The translations under genes and the position numbers were made by a program. From contig CM075992.1 of the NCBI GenBank assembly GCA_038087875.1, positions 8,062,001-8,126,000 of the forward strand: a DNA stretch of 64,000 nucleotides, written 5' to 3'. A model generated the notes under the pieces. That model worked only from the letters and a program-made list of their open reading frames with translations, was not told where the DNA came from and ran no database searches. Below are positions 1 through 10,760 of the stretch, piece after piece. The stretch comes from Malacoraja senta (lineage: Eukaryota). Positions within the stretch are counted from its first letter, which is position 1; each line of letters starts with the position of its first letter.

Positions 1-19
1 GCTGGTGGTGGTCACTCAC

Positions 20-176
20 CTGTTATCACCAGCGGGTTGATGTTGAAGGTGTCGTTCGCAGGGATGATGTGGCCCTTCTTGTAAAAACGCTGGCAGAGGT
101 GGAGGCCGGTCTGATTGGCGTCATTCTCAAACACGTAGGCGTAACGTCCCAGAGACATATTTTGCAGAGCCAGGTA
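20..176 (-). CDS. MCOLN1: Mucolipin-1 coding exon 4 (gene continues beyond the left edge)
   Basis: atatag| acceptor, ACAG|gtgagt donor; [52 protein letters not shown], luminal polycystin-mucolipin domain. Confidence 0.95.
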
Positions 177-1106
177 CTATATATTGGTAGGGGTTGAGTG
201 TAAATAATGGGGTAACAATTTAATATGCAATGGAGTCACCAGTAAGGAAAGAAGCATTCAATAAGTTGCAGAATCTTACCAGGGAGGGATACTAAAATAA
301 AAAGATTTGTATCTCCATGGAATTCTTCATATAACACGACCAAAGATTTTTTCCGACCAACACAGTAGGATATACAGCAGCCATCTTGGACTTGCATGCA
401 ACAAGACTTTTGCGATTTTGGTCCAGAATTTAAAAATACCCGGTATGTCAGTTGGAAAACTAATTTTTTTCACACTTCCTTTCTTGTGTGTCTAACCATG
501 AGGCCAATGAGATCTCACTTTAAGCGAGCATCTTCCAGATTTGTAGCATCAGCCAATATTGGGAAGGTCTCAGTAATGAAGCAATCCATTTAGAGGGGAA
601 CACACTGATGTGTCACACACTGACCTTTCTCAGTCTTCCCCAGGCTAGGCTTGTATTCCTTTATTGATGTTGGTTCCTTTTTCAATTCCTCCAATTGAAA
701 AAGGAACCAACATGTTTTGTTTTAGTTCAGAGGTACAGCGCGAAAACAGGCCCTTCGGCCCACCAAGGCCGCGCCGACCAATGGCACACACCCGGCATTT
801 TAACAAAGCCAATTAACCCAACAGGCCTGCATGTCTTTGGAGTGTGGGAGGAAACCAGAGCAGCTGGAGAAAACCCACGCAGGTCATGGGAAAACGTACA
901 AACTCCATACAGACAGCACCAGTGGTCTGGATCAAACCTGTGTCTCTGGCGCTGTAAGGCAGCAACTCTACCGCTGGTGTGTGCAGGTTTGTAGGTTAAT
1001 TGACTTCTGTAAATTGTCCCTAGTGTGTAGGATAGTGCTGGTGTACAGGATCGCAGGTCGGCACGGTCTCAGTGGGCTGAAGGACCTGTTTCTGCACTGT
1101 ATCTCT

Positions 1107-1259
1107 TCTTCTTCTTCTTCTTCTTCTTCTTTCGTGTGGCATGCACAGCCTAAAGTTGTTGGACAACTTGTTCTATTTGATTTTCCGTTTGTGCACGTCG
1201 AGTTGATTGCATTAGTCGAAACAGGGCGGACCACGTGAAGGTTGCAATCTTCCACCCCC
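1107..1259 (-). mobile_element. Short ribozyme-headed retroposon, copy 1, (AAG)n tail
   Basis: 13-bp TSD gcactg(t/c)atctct at 1094-1106 and 1260-1272; homologous to 9731-9872; inserted in the tail of a tRNA SINE. Confidence 0.85.
1205..1258 (-). ncRNA. Minimal HDV/CPEB3-like self-cleaving ribozyme (54 nt), predicted
   Basis: GGGGUGG-AA-GAUUGCA-ACC-UUCACGU-GGU-CCGCCCU-GU-UUCGA-CUAA-UGCAAUC: P1 7 bp with G1.U, P2 7 bp, P3 3 bp, L3 UUCACGU, J4/2 CUAA. Confidence 0.85.
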
Positions 1260-1539
1260 GCACTGCATCTCTAAAATGTTTCACTGGATAAACACAAGAA
1301 ATAACTGCAGGCCTCTGCTGTTCTCCAGAGTTTTCCATCCGGCCTGAAACATTCATTGTTTGTCTTCCCACAGATGCTGCCTGACCTGCTAAACACTCCC
1401 AAATTGTCTTGTCAGAGACTGCCGGGTGGGACTAACATAAAAAAAACACACCGGGATAAAATGATCTTTTTGGTGCAGTACAGACCAGGGAGAAAATGAG
1501 TCATCTCCACGAAACACAATGGATAGGGAGACTCAAGAA

Positions 1540-2405
1540 CATCATAGAATCATAGAAAGTAGGTGCGAGAGCAGACCACCAGGTCCATCGAGCCCGCACC
1601 GCCATTCGCTCATGGCTGAACACCAAACAAACACCCCTACCCACAAACAGTAGACACAAGACACAGAACACAAGACACTACCATCCCCTTTATACCGCTA
1701 TCACCCCTCTCCACCCCAAGAACCGCGTGATCTCCTGGGGGAGGCAAAAAAACGGATAAAAACCCAGGTCCAATTCGGGAAAAAAATCCGGGAAATTCCT
1801 CTCCGACCCCAATCCAGGCGATCGACACTTGTCCAGGAGATCACTCAGGTCTTACTATACTAACCCTACCTAGGTCCATATCCCTGCCCTCTCCCCGTAG
1901 CCCCTTATCCCCTTGGCAGCTAAAAAACCATCTATTTTAGACTTAAATATATTTAATGTTTCTGCTTCCACTGCTCCCTGGGGCAGTGAATTCCATAAAT
2001 TAACCACCCTCTGGGTGAAGAAGTTCTTCCTCATCTCAGTTTTAAAAGAGCCCCCCCTTATTCTGTAACTATGTCCCCTAGTTCTAGTTTCCCCGATCAT
2101 TGGGAACATCCTTGGTGCATCCACCCGATCAAGGCCCCTCACGATCTTATATGTTTCAATGAGATCGCCTCTCATTCTTCTAAACTCCAAAGAGTAGAGT
2201 TCCAGCCTACTTAACCTTTCCTCATATGTCAATCCCCTCATTGCAGGAATTAATCTTGTAAACCTTCGCTGCACTGCCTCCAGGGCCAGTACATCCTTTC
2301 TTAAGTATGGACCCCAGAACTGTACACAGTATTCCAAATGTGGTCTCACTAATGCTGTGTACAGCTGCAGCAAGACCTCCGTGTTTTTATACTCAATCCC
2401 CCTAA
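1540..2405 (-). mobile_element. CR1-clade LINE 3' fragment with 3' UTR
   Basis: ORF 1870-2373 LYTALVRPHLEYCVQFW...TRGH...FFTQRVVNLWNSLP, typical CR1 ORF2 C-terminus. Confidence 0.9.
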
Positions 2406-2764
2406 CATGGGGATAGAAGCAATGGGTGATGTTTCGTGTCGAGACCCTTCTGCAGATGTTTCGACCCGAAACGCCACCCGTTCCTTCTCTCCAATGCTGC
2501 CTGTCTCGCTGAGTTACTCCAGCTTTTTGTGTCTATCTTCGGTGCAAACCAGCATCTGCAGTTCCTTCCGAAACACTGGCTCTCCCCCTACACCCTCCAA
2601 TGTGGCCACTCCAGCGTGTGACCCGTAGCCCTCTCAACTTCTCCTTGCACCTATCTAAACGACTTCCAATGGCGTTTCCTATGAATGCAAAGCTTCCCTC
2701 GGTCCTACAACAAAATGGCGAAAACCATGGTGTTGTGATCAACTTTTATCATTGACATGTTTTC

Positions 2765-3120
2765 TGGTGGAGATGTGCCAGGACAGCGGCTGTAAGACAT
2801 ACTATGAGCCCATAGAGGTGGGCTGTAGAGGCTTTGCAGGACGCTCACTCTGCAAAGTCCTCAATCAGTTGGGCATTACAGGGCTGGCAAATCAGAGGGC
2901 CATTCAATCCTCAAGCGAAGCCGCAGAGAAAGCCACTAGGTGGCTTTGGATTAAGATGGCTGATCCGTGGGCGGTTGCTGCTGGGAGACAAGTCGGGGCC
3001 TGGTCAACCCCGGCTGGGTCGCCTGGGCGAGGGTGTCTGATGTTGTGAGACCCGAAACACCCGATGACCCCAGATCACATCACTGAGGATGCGTCCCAGC
3101 GCATCTAGAAGATGGATCCT
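2765..3120 (+). mobile_element. 3' end of a restriction-like-endonuclease non-LTR retrotransposon (HERO-like)
   Basis: PIEVGCRGFAGRSL...LGITG...AI...EAAEKATRWLWIK motif followed by a self-complementary 3' UTR. Confidence 0.65.
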
Positions 3121-3548
3121 TCACACTAACATCGTCAGGTGCTGCCAGACATAAGCTGGCTGCTGTACATCCTACATTAGAACTGCATCACCACCTGTTA
3201 AGTACATTGCAGGGCACCACATAACAATACAAGTTTATTTAATCTGGCACAGGAATGCAAAATAATAGTTATTCATATTAGCATACAAGCTAACAAAGCA
3301 AACTATAAATAATAATAACCCTGTGTGGTTACCTCACACTGCAATTTGGAGTGTGAGAAAAGGGATTTGGGCTCCTGCCAATTCCCTGACAGTTTAGAGA
3401 TCCAGCGCGGAAACAGGCCCTTCGGCCCACCGGGTCCGAGCCAAGCAGCGATCCCCGCACACTAACACCATCCTACACCCTCTAGGGACAATTTTTACAT
3501 TTACCAAGCCAATTAACCTACAAACCGGTAGACAGGAAGAAACTAATG

Positions 3549-3881
3549 TTTCTCTGTCCTGGGTCTCCTCCATGGCCAGAGCGAGCAACACCGGAAATTG
3601 GAGGAAATGCACCTCATATTCCGCTTGGGTAGTCTGCATCCTGGGGGCATGAACATTGAATTCTCCCAATTTTGCTAGCCCTTGCTGTCCCCTCCCCTTC
3701 CTCAGCCCTCGGTCTGTCTCTTCCCATCCCTCAGCCCTCGGGCTCCTCCTCCGTCTTTTTCCTTTCTTCTCCCCACTCCCCATCAGTCTGAAGAAGGGTT
3801 TCGGCCCGAAACGTTGCCTATTTCCTTCACTCCATAGATGCTGCTGCACCCGCTGGGTTTCTCCAGCATTTTTGTGTACCT
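3549..3881 (+). mobile_element. Penelope-like element 3' fragment (GIY-YIG C-terminus plus pLTR)
   Basis: LEEMHLIFRLGSLHPGGMNIEFS; 15-bp TSD aggaagaaactaatg at 3534-3548 and 3882-3896. Confidence 0.85.
3786..3817 (+). ncRNA. Minimal type I hammerhead ribozyme core in Penelope pLTR (representative copy)
   Basis: CUGAAGA-A-GGGU(UUCG)GCCC-GAAAC-GUU; palindromic ACGU helix III; helix I only about 2 bp. Confidence 0.65.
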
Positions 3882-3912
3882 AGGAAGAAACTAATGCAGT
3901 GGAGCAACCGAC

Positions 3913-4080
3913 CTGGTTAACTGCGTAGAAAATAGAGTCATAAACATCCCTCTGCTTGTACACGGCATAGTAACCGTCCGATTCCACCGTGTAATCCTTC
4001 AAGAATAGGTGTTTAAATGTCATTGTGTTTTCTTCTGTAAAATCCACCACCATCTGGTTACTCAAGCCGAACAGGATTAA
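3913..4080 (-). CDS. MCOLN1: Mucolipin-1 coding exon 3
   Basis: 168 nt, ttccaacag| acceptor and CAG|gtcggt donor; LILFGLSNQMVVDFTEENTMTFKHLFLKDY...YDSIFYAVNQ. Confidence 0.95.
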
Positions 4081-5863
4081 CTGTTGGAAACAGGAAGAGG
4101 CAGCAGTTTCAAAACATGAGTGTATTGCCCCAGTAACAGGAATTCCCCATCTCTGTGTACATGAAGGATACTGCTGATGGAGCTACGAGGCATCAGGCCC
4201 TTTCGGCCCACCAAGTCCGCACCGACCAGCGATCTCCGTACACTAACATGGGGGGGGGGGGGGGGGGGAGGGGAGGGGGGGGAAGAGAGAGAGAGATAGA
4301 GGTACACTGAGGTGTCAGCTAAGGAAAAGGGGAGATTTATCAACGATGATTGCATCATGCCTATCTGGAGGTAACGAAAGTACTGTGAATGCAATATACT
4401 TTCAAAGAGATTGAGAAATATGGCCCCTTTGTTTGTATGCAATAAACTCCTTCCGAGAAAGCTTGGGAAATAAACCGTTGTGAGAAGAAGGGTTCCGACC
4501 CAAAACGTCACCTATTCCTTCGCTCCACAGATGCGGCTTCACCCGCTGAGTATCTCCAGCAATTTTGTCCACCTTCGATTGTTCCAGCATCTGCAGTTCC
4601 TTCTTAAACAATCTGAATAAGGGTTTTGGCCCAAAACGTTGCCTATTTACTTCGCTCCATAGATGCTGCTGCACCCGCTGAGTTTCTCCAGCACTTTTGT
4701 CTACCTTCTTAAACAATGATCAGGGCTGACTCTGGGCCGAGCAGCCCATTTCCACACTGTATCTCGAAAATAAACAGAATTTTGGAAGATGATAGCCTGT
4801 GCATCTATCACCACCTCCTCCCCCAAGACTTAGAGAATGCATGTCATCAGGCCCCGAGGTTTCATCAGCTTTCCGCACCATTAATTTCTCCAACACTGTT
4901 CCATTTATGAAATGCTGATATATTTAGTTCCTCATTCTCTCCTGCAAATTATGTTGCACACTGGAGACTTTTGCAGATCCGCATGACATACGAGTACAAA
5001 CCATTTAAACTACCGCATTCCCACAGAGGCGTCAATTTGTGCGATAGCTAACACAACGGATTTAATCAATAATGTTTTATTATTAATGTTGAATGTTTTA
5101 TGTGTCATTCCTAACTGTCACTGTATGTCGTTGACACTTGCGGGCGGAGCACCAAGGCGAATTCCTTGTATGTGAATAGTTGGCCAATAAACAAATTCAT
5201 TCATTCAACTGTTGCTGATACAAGTTCATAAGCGACAGGAACAGAATTAGCCCATTCGGCCCATTAAGTCTACTTCGCATTCAATCATGGCTGATCTATC
5301 TCTCCCTCCTAACCCCATTCTCCTGCCTTCTCCCCATAACCTCTGACACCCGTATTAATCAAGAATCTATCTATCTCAGCCTTAAAGATATCCATTCACG
5401 TGGCCTCTGCAGCCTTCTGTGGCAATCAATACCTCAGATTCACCACCTCCCGACTTAAGAAATTCCTCCTCATCTCCTTCCGAAAGGAACGTCCTTTAAT
5501 TCTGTGGCTATGGCCTCTGGTCTTCGACTCTCCCACACAAATATGGCACACAGATGCCTCCAGTTTGTGCAGACTTGACTCACCTCTGCAGGTATTGTTG
5601 CAGAGGTACATCTGATGACAACAAGCACGCCCGAAACGTCGACTGCCCATTCCCCTTCACAGATGCTGCCTGGCCGCTGAGTTCCTCCAGCTGCTCTCTG
5701 TTATATTGCTGCAGAGTGCAGCACCTTTAGGAGGCAACTCTATAGGACTTTGGTAAGGCCACATTTGGGGTATTGCATGCATATTGTGGATGCCCTAATA
5801 CACAAAGGTTGTGGAGGGTTTGGAGAGGGTGCAGATGAGGTTTCCAGAATTATGCCTAGATTA

Positions 5864-6188
5864 GGGTGGCCACGGTGGCGCAGCGGTAGAGTTGCTGCCT
5901 CACAGCAAATGCAGCGCCGGAGACCCGGGTTCGATCCCGACTACGGGTGCTGTCTGTACGGAGTTTGTACGTTCTCCCCGTGACCTGCGTGCGTTTTCTC
6001 CGAGATCTTCGGTGTCCACCCACACTCCAAAGACGTACATGTTTGTAGGTTAATCGGCTTGGTAACATAAAAATTGTCCCTAGTGGGTGTAGGATAGTGT
6101 TAATGTGCGGGGATCGCTGGTCGGCGCGGACTCGGTGGGCCGAAGGGCCTGTTTCCGCGCTGTAACTCTAAACTAAACTAAACTAAAA
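5864..6188 (+). mobile_element. Full-length tRNA-derived SINE (HE1 / V-SINE-like), representative of many copies
   Basis: A box TGGCGCAGCGG, B box GGTTCGATCCC, CR1-like tail ending (TAAAC)n; relatives near 716, 8460, 8990, 9910, 16430, 28600, 30480, 30845, 35885, 43930, 47725, 51820, 58095, 59630, 60875. Confidence 0.9.
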
Positions 6189-6610
6189 ATGTAAGGTATT
6201 AGCTACAGGTTGGACAGACTTGGATTGTTTTCCCTGGAGCACCATAGATTGAGGGGAGACCTGATAGAAGATTATACAACTATGAGAAGGATAGATTAGG
6301 TATACGGTCAGTACCTTTTTCACAGGATGGAATTAGAGGGCATAAGTTTAAGGTGAGAGGGGCAAAATTTAAAGATGATGTGTGGGACAATTTTCTTTAT
6401 TTTTTTACACAGAGGAAGGTGGGTGCTTGGAACGCACTGCCTGAGGTGGTGGTGGTGGCGGCAGATGTGATAGTGGCATCTAAGAGGTTTTTGGATAGGC
6501 ACATGGATATGCAGGGAATGGAGGGATATGGATCATGTATTGGCAGATAAGAGTTTGTCTTGGCATCATGTTCAGCACAGACACTGTAGGCCAAGGGGCC
6601 TGTTCCTATG

Positions 6611-7095
6611 TGTAAGAAAGAGCTGCAGCTGCTGGTTTAAATCGAAAGTAGACACAAAATGCTGGAGTAATTCAGCGGGGCAGGCAGTATCCCTGGAGAG
6701 AAGGAATGGGCGACGTTTCGGGTCGAGACCTTTCTTCAGACAGATGTCAGGGGAGGGGGAGGGACAAAGATAGAATGTAGTCGGAGACGGTAAGACTAGC
6801 GGGAGAACTGGGAAGGGGATGGAGAGAGAAAGCAAAGACTATCTGAAGTTAGAGAAGCCAATGTTCATACCGCTGGGGTGTAAACTACCCAAGCGAAATA
6901 TGAGGTGCTGTTCCTCCAATTTGTGCTGGGCCTCACTCTGACAATGGAGGAGGCCCAGGACAGAAAGATCAGATTGGGAATGGGAGGGGGAGTTGAAGTG
7001 CTGAGCCACCGGGAGATCAGGTAGGTTAAGACGGACTGAGCGGAGGTGTTCAGCGAAACGATCGCCGAGCCTGCGCTTGGTCTCGCCGATGTAGA
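6611..7095 (-). mobile_element. Penelope-like element 3' fragment
   Basis: Reverse strand encodes HFNSPSHSQSDLSVLGLL...LEEQHLIFRLGSL followed by pLTR with hammerhead core. Confidence 0.85.
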
Positions 7096-7260
7096 GAAGA
7101 CATCTTCTCTACATTGGGCCTGTCCCTATGCTGTATTGTTCTATCTTGTGCCTCCAGTCTACTATTTGTGTTGTACCGTCGCTGTGATTCCAGGTTCGGC
7201 CCTGTGCTTTCACCTACGTCCACGCCAGTGGAGCAGATGGCTGCAGACGCCACTCCTTAC

Positions 7261-7496
7261 CTGCACTGTGACTGAGATGAGCTTTACGATCTGCACCACC
7301 AGTTTGAAAGGCTTCCGGCCTTTCGCTCGGTACTTGTCACAAGGACTCATGAAGTAGTACTTCAGTTTCCTCTTCATTTCTTCCTCTTGTATGTCCAACG
7401 CAGCTCCAGAAGACACACAGGAGTGCGGAGACACGATGTGGACATGGTCCTGAGAGCCATAGCTGTTGACCGGAGTGAACAGCTTCTCCCGTTCAA
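7261..7496 (-). CDS. MCOLN1: Mucolipin-1 coding exon 2
   Basis: tcttctcttgtcag| acceptor, CAG|gtaagg donor; encodes EREKLFTP...EEEMKRKLKYYFMSPCDKYRAKGRKPFKLVVQIVKLISVTVQ, matching the TRPML1 N-terminus, polybasic region and S1. Confidence 0.95.
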
Positions 7497-9730
7497 CTGA
7501 CAAGAGAAGAGTACAAGAACACACTTTTACAATACAATCAATACAATACAAACAGTTTTATTCGTCACTTGCACATAAAGTCCAAGTGAAATGAATTTGC
7601 CAGCAGCGGTACAATGAAAAAGAACGCACAAAAACACAATCAAAATTTAACACAAACATCCACCACAGCATTCATCACTGTGGTGGAAGGCACACCATTT
7701 CGTTCTTTTAATAAAGCAGCTCACGTCACGCTTAGTTTAGTTTAGAGATACAGCACGGAAACAGGCCCTTCAGCCCACAGTGTCGGCACCAACCTGCCAT
7801 CGCCACACATTAAGACGTGTTGTTACTTGCGAGCAAAGCACCAAGGCCAATTCCTAGTACGTGTACATATTTGGCTAATAAAATGTATTCACATTCAAAT
7901 TTAACAGTGTTCTACATGAGAGCGAGCTAATTGTCAAATCTAAATTGGAGTCGTTCTTCTACAAAACATGATCTAATAGAACAAAAGAATGGCTCGGTGG
8001 TAAGTCTGAATGACATTGTAAATTATATGGAACACAATATGGAGGACAGGTTGTCTTTTTAATAAAGAAATGAAGATGGAATCCTGCAGTAATAACATGT
8101 GCTCTTTCAAGGCCATAAAGAAGTCATGATTGAAAAAATAGTTGACGCTCCAGAGATAAGTTATTGTTATTGGATGAGCTTGATTTGGACCCAGCTTTTC
8201 CTATATTCTGAAAGGCGATAGAATCTTTCAGTCATGCCATATTCAGACTTGGTAGGAGTGTTTTACTGATAAGAAAAATGTATAATTGCGCTACCTTTCC
8301 TTTGTTCTGTGAGTGGGAGCCCGAGAAGCACTGAGCAACGTTTGTGCTCATTGTAGATCTTGCCACTCCCGTCTGACGAATCAATTAAAGATTGCCATGA
8401 TTTACCTTTAACAATTTTGTTGCTATCTGCTTTTTAAGAAACAAACTTTGACAGGGACAATCTTTACATTTATACCAAGCCAATTAACCTACAAACCTGT
8501 ATATTCTTTGAGGTGTGGGTGTTAACTAAAGTTCTCGGAGAAAACCCACATGGTGACGGTGATGTACAAACTCCGTGCAGACAGCACCCATAGCCAGGAT
8601 GGGACCCGGGTCTCTGGCGCTGCTAGTGCTGTAAGGCAGCAACTCTACCGCTGCGCCACCGTGCCGCCCATTGTCCCAAAACACCATCCGGCCTTCACTG
8701 CTAGGGAGCAACCTGACTCTACCAAACCTTTTGTCTCCTTTTCACCTCGAGCCTTTGTCACTATCACCACTCTCCTGCTAATCACCCCTCTCATCTGAAT
8801 CCATAGATCACTTGCCAGGCTTTCTCCACCCCCAAACTCTCTTTGCCAGCCTTCTCCCACTTACTCCATCAGTCTGAGGAAGGGTCTCGACCTGAAAATT
8901 TGCACGACCTTTTATCGCTGGATGCAACCAGACCTGCTGAGACCCTCCAGCACTTTGTTCAGATTCCGTCTGCAGTCTCGTGTCTCGGCACAGCGGTAGA
9001 GTTGCTGCCTCGCAGCGCCAGAGACCTGGATTCGATCCTGACTATGGGCGCTGTCTGTACGGAGTTTGTACATTTGCCCTGTGACCATGTGGGCTTTCTC
9101 CGGGTGCCGAGGTTTTCCCCCTCACTCCAAAGTCGTGCAGGTTTGTAGGTAGACTGGCTTCAGTCACATTGGAAACTCTCCCAGGTGTGGCGATGGTGCT
9201 GGAGTACTGGGGGGGATCGCTGGTCGGCACGGACTCGGTGGGCAGAAGGGCCTCTTTCCACGCTCTAAAGTCGCCATCAGACTTCTGAACTCGAGTCAAA
9301 GCGCCAGAAACAAGCCTTTCAGGCAACAAAGATGCATGACAAGGTTGAATTTGCCCCCTGTGGTCGGGGCTCTTGAACTCTGGCCGACTTTGTGGGCCAA
9401 TATCAATGCCCCCCCACCCCCTAAAAGGCCGTCCTCTGTTGGTCCGGCAAAACGGATAATCCAGAAAGGTTCTGGAACAAAGGGTGCCAGAATATCAGTG
9501 GTGGACCTGCACCTGAAATTACAATCTGCTGATTATCTGAAAGAAAAATATTGGACATGTGAAATTATCTAAAACTTTGGAAATCAGTGTCAAGTCTGGA
9601 AGATTGTAAAGTACTTCATTGCAAGGCGACAGGCTGCAAGTCAGTGATAGTGAACTGCATCTCCTGCTGGGCAGTAGTTCTGTAACTACCCTCTGCAAAC
9701 AGAACTCTTTGCCAACCAGGATCAAGTGCT

Positions 9731-9872
9731 TCTTCTTCTTCTTGAGTATGGCGTGCACAGCCTAAAGTTGTAGGACAACTTGTTCTATTTGATCTTATTT
9801 GATTGTACACACCAGGTTGATTGCATTAGTCAAAACAGAGCAGACCCCGTGAAGGTTGCAATCTTCCACCCC
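9731..9872 (-). mobile_element. Short ribozyme-headed retroposon, copy 2
   Basis: Perfect 11-bp TSD gatcaagtgct at 9720-9730 and 9873-9883; (AAG)n tail. Confidence 0.85.
9819..9872 (-). ncRNA. HDV-like ribozyme, more decayed copy
   Basis: GGGGUGG-AA-GAUUGCA-ACC-UUCACGG-GGU-CUGCUCU-GU-UUUGA-CUAA-UGCAAUC; P1 retained through G.U wobbles. Confidence 0.7.
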
Positions 9873-10239
9873 GATCAAGTGCTGAAAATATAGATATTAA
9901 GAAATAAGAAATGGTGGCACAGTGGAGCAGCGGGTAGAGCTGCTGCCTCGCAGCATAGAGGCCCGGGTTCGATCTTGACCTTGGGTGCTATCTGTGTGGA
10001 GTTTACCCGTTCTCCCTGTGACCGCGTGGGTTTCCCCCAGGTGCTCCTGTTTCCTCCTACGTCCCAAAGACGTAGGAGGAAACTGGTCCTCTGTAAATTA
10101 CTCCCAGTGTGTAGGGAGTGTAGGAGAAAGTAGAATAACATCAAACTCGTGTGAGCAGGTGACCGATGGTCGGCGTGGGCTTGGTGGGCCGAAGGGCCTG
10201 TTTCCATGCTGCATCTCTACTCTAATCACGCTGGGGAAC

Positions 10240-10760
10240 AGGTGCACAGTAGAGAGCATGCTGACCGGTTGCATCGTGGCTTGGTTCGGCAACTTGAGCG
10301 CCCAGGAGCGAAAAAGACTACAAAAAGTACTAAACACTGCCCAGTCCATCATCGGCTCTGACCTCCCTACCATCGAGGGGATCTACTCAGTCGCTGCCTC
10401 AAAAAGGCTGGCAGCATCATCAAGGACCCACATCATCCTGGCCACACACTCATCTCCCCGCTACCTACAGGTAGAAGGTACAGGAGCCTGAAGACTGCAA
10501 CGTCCAGGTTCAGAAACAGCTTCTTCCCCACAGCCATCAGACTATTGAACTCAACTCAAACAAAACTCTGAACATTAATAGCCCATTATCTGTTTATTTG
10601 CATTTTATCTGTTTTATTTATTGATGTGTGTTTATATTTATAGAATGGTATATGGACACACTGATCTGTTCTGTATTCATGCCTACTATATCCTGTTGTG
10701 TTGAAGCAAAGCAAGAATTTCATTGTCCTTTCTGGGACACATGACAATAAACTCTCTTGA
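10240..10760 (+). mobile_element. Rex1/Babar-like LINE 3' fragment
   Basis: ESMLTGCIVAWFGN...RLQKV..TAQSIIG motif; related copy at 15351-15740. Confidence 0.7.

Noticed and set aside
3030..3065. Hammerhead-like CTGATG...GAAAC in the HERO-like 3' UTR
   Set aside because: CTGATGT lacks the conserved A9, and the flanks pair with each other rather than forming helices I and III
5864..5945. tRNA gene candidates with A and B boxes
   Set aside because: They are SINE heads continuing into SINE body and LINE-like tail; no complete cloverleaf
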